Below, in pieces: positions 61,697-64,000 of a DNA stretch of 64,000 nt. How positions within the stretch are numbered: position 1 is the stretch's first letter; each line of letters starts with the position of its first letter. Made by a program: the position numbers and the translations under genes. The stretch is from Spongospora subterranea f. sp. subterranea (Eukaryota), in assembly GCA_049724395.1 (NCBI GenBank), contig JAUGWO010000156.1, positions 62,001 through 126,000 on the forward strand, written 5' to 3'. The notes beneath the pieces are model-generated. The model was not told the origin of the DNA and made no database searches. It worked only from the letters and a program-made list of their open reading frames with translations.

Positions 61697-64000
61697 CTAT
61701 TTCTCAAGGTTTAAGTTGGATTGCCTGCTCTCATATTTGCCCGTTGCAATCCTGACGAAAACTTCCTCCAGTGCTGTAAAACAATTAGCGTCATTGATGG
61801 CGATGCAATTTCTCAAACACAATCGAACTCGTATTGGAGATGCACCAATCTAGTATTCCTAGCGTCTTCTTATTCGACTCAATATCCCTGAAAATCACCG
61901 ATAAACGTGCGGTTTGGCTAGGAACTTCATACGTAACGACGCCGCACAATCTGGAAACATTCGATTATTCTAGGACGGGTATTGATGCGAATTTGCAATT
62001 ATAGTCCAGCACTCACTTGTTTAGCAGGATCGCGTCTGAAGATGTTTTCATGATCTGCTTAGTAATTTCCTGCTCGTGTTGACCGTCGGACGTGATGGTA
62101 AGCTTATAACCTTGCTCGAACCGCTGCTTTAGAGCCGAGCATGTTCCTAAGCGACGTCATTAACTGGAGGTCCATCCACTTTTGGCTGCTACACAATCAG
62201 CATACCAATACAGCGAAGACGCGCTGAAAAAAAAATTGACAGTCAGACAAGAAACATGTTCTTTGAATTACAGCACCTCTTTCAAAGATTGCAACTCGAT
62301 CGCAAAGGTTCTCTGCTTCCTCCATACTTTCATCACCGTTAGATTATAACAATGGAATTACAAAGTTCGAAAACCTATGGGTTGTCAGCATGAGTGCGCA
62401 CGACTTCTTATAGTTGCTGATGACCGTCCACAAATTCTTCCGCGCCGCCGGATCGAGACCGCTGCAAAAATAAACACAGAAACTTGAACTGGCGTAAGAA
62501 TGAAATCGAAATAAAAGCTGACGTTGTGGGCTCATCTAAAAGCACTACGCTCGGTTTCCCAATAAAAGCAATCGCCACACACAATCGACGCTTCATTCCT
62601 GTACCAAAAATAAAATATATCAAACCTATTGGATCCAATGTTCTGCCAACCAGAATTATAAAGTTAGAGAAATGTAGATTGTCACAAAGCGGAAGCACTG
62701 TCAACTCTAAAAAATAATCATCAAGTAACAAAATGTAAACGAGGGTCACGATCGGAAGAGGATTCGGAAGCTTATGAATAAACTGACCTCCACTGTATTG
62801 CATCGCCAGTTTGTGGCGTACAGTGAGGAGCTCAACATCACGAAGGCTATTGACAATGGCTAAAAACACCAAGTTCAAGAAAGGCATTCAGTGGCAAAAC
62901 TAATGCATCTGAATTTCCACCTTTTTCAAGTTCATCACCTGTAAGACCCTAAATTTAAAAAATGCTTCACTCAGCAAACAGTCGAAACAAACGCTCTCCA
63001 CCTGACTTTCAATTTCCCGAAGAACTCTGCAATCGGATCAGAACTTATTTACGTGGAATAACGTGAACTTTGCACTGACCAAGGTGTTCACCACCGGACA
63101 ATTCTCCCCAGACTACGTTTTCCTGGTACAGCGCATGACTTGATGCCGATTACTGAACCATTCACATCAGACTCAGTTACCTGAGGGCAAACTCCAAGGA
63201 TTGTGTGGATCGAATCCATCTCACTGCCGACGTATTTACCAAAAATCTTGGCGCTTCCAGAAGTCGGCTTCACAAATCCGCACAGCATTGAAAGCGTGGT
63301 CGACTTCCCTATCCCACCTTCATCAACCCTGGAATCGCTGGAATAACATTCAATTACCTGCTCCATTCGAACCTATATCCAAAAAAGAACTCTGTAAGAA
63401 AGCAATTACACGATGGTATTAAAAATACCTAAGAACCCAAGACATTCGCCAAATCGAACTCTCATGGACAGTCCTTTGACAGCGATTTTTTCTTGTCCAG
63501 AACCATACCCAGGGTAAACCTTCCTTAAGTTTCTCATTAAAATCGGTTCTCGACTGGAGTCGTCCAAAGCCGCTTTCGCCTCGTCAATCACGTCCTGACC
63601 TGGGTCAAGCGGATATGATAATCTGATCAGGGACCGGCCAGTAATTACGTGTCAAACCTTCATCTGGCGTATTGTCAGCAACTACAATCAGGTCGGATTG
63701 CGGTAGGGTTCCCTTGCCACGTTTCGCCAGAGCGTATGTTTGCAATCGAGTGAACGGATTTCCGTGCTAAAGAAAAACGATTTTGAGAGTGGTTGAAGCA
63801 ATTACGTTCAGGAGCGCTTACGCCGTCTATAGACCACGCTAAAACCAATATCACAATCCATTCGCAAATTAGGTATATGTAAACGGCTGATAAATGAACG
63901 TCGGGTTCGGAAAGATCAGCCATGGATAATCCGGGGTTGCCGAATTCGACGCCTTGACGAAGGCTGATCAATCCACGATAAAGGGCAAAGCTAAGGCAAT
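61697..64000 (-). CDS. ABC transporter subfamily A (ABCA), 3' part; continues beyond the window
   Basis: 'NLRKVYP...AVKGLS...GECLGFLG', 'GKSTTLSMLCG', 'GVCPQ', 'YSGG|MKRRLCVAIA', 'VVLLDEPT', 'GLDPAARKNLW' and 'LEEVFVRIA'; TAG at 61697-61699. Confidence 0.92.

Noticed and set aside
62600..62790. Unusually long ABCA intron containing TGATGA (possible C/D snoRNA)
   Set aside because: No downstream CTGA D box or terminal stem found within the intron.

Overview
Eukaryotic nuclear DNA from a compact, intron-rich genome: roughly mid-40s % GC by eye, many short (~45-60 nt) GT-AG introns with weak donors, and short intergenic spacers. The gene set and style suggest a protist, possibly a plasmodiophorid/phytomyxid; this is inference only. 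About 20 spliced genes can be read: Yip1 family, secreted Kunitz inhibitor, NICE-3-like, PH-MORN, Exo84, cytochrome c peroxidase, SDR, SYF1, PPIL4, mitochondrial bL33, V-ATPase C, a large GPI-anchored mucin-lectin, MADS-box, mL53, thimet oligopeptidase, a degenerate UBA-PTH2, TFIIB, ArfGAP-PH-PH, an unknown large gene and a partial ABCA transporter. There is also one tRNA-Asn gene and transposon material of the Ty1/copia, Tc1/mariner, PIF/Harbinger-like, Mutator and long-TIR types. Highlights: (1) a copia element with non-canonical TG...TA LTRs and a TGACA target-site duplication, inserted 12 bp upstream of the tRNA gene; (2) five long fold-back inverted repeats, most built from transposon coding sequence; (3) a 38-bp two-variant minisatellite with no stop codon in any minus-strand frame, which a plausible 50-nt intron would join in frame to the ArfGAP gene; (4) a PTH2 homologue that appears to lack its catalytic motifs; (5) tandemly duplicated symmetric exons in the mucin-lectin gene. 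Exon boundaries were read by eye and some gene ends are approximate.
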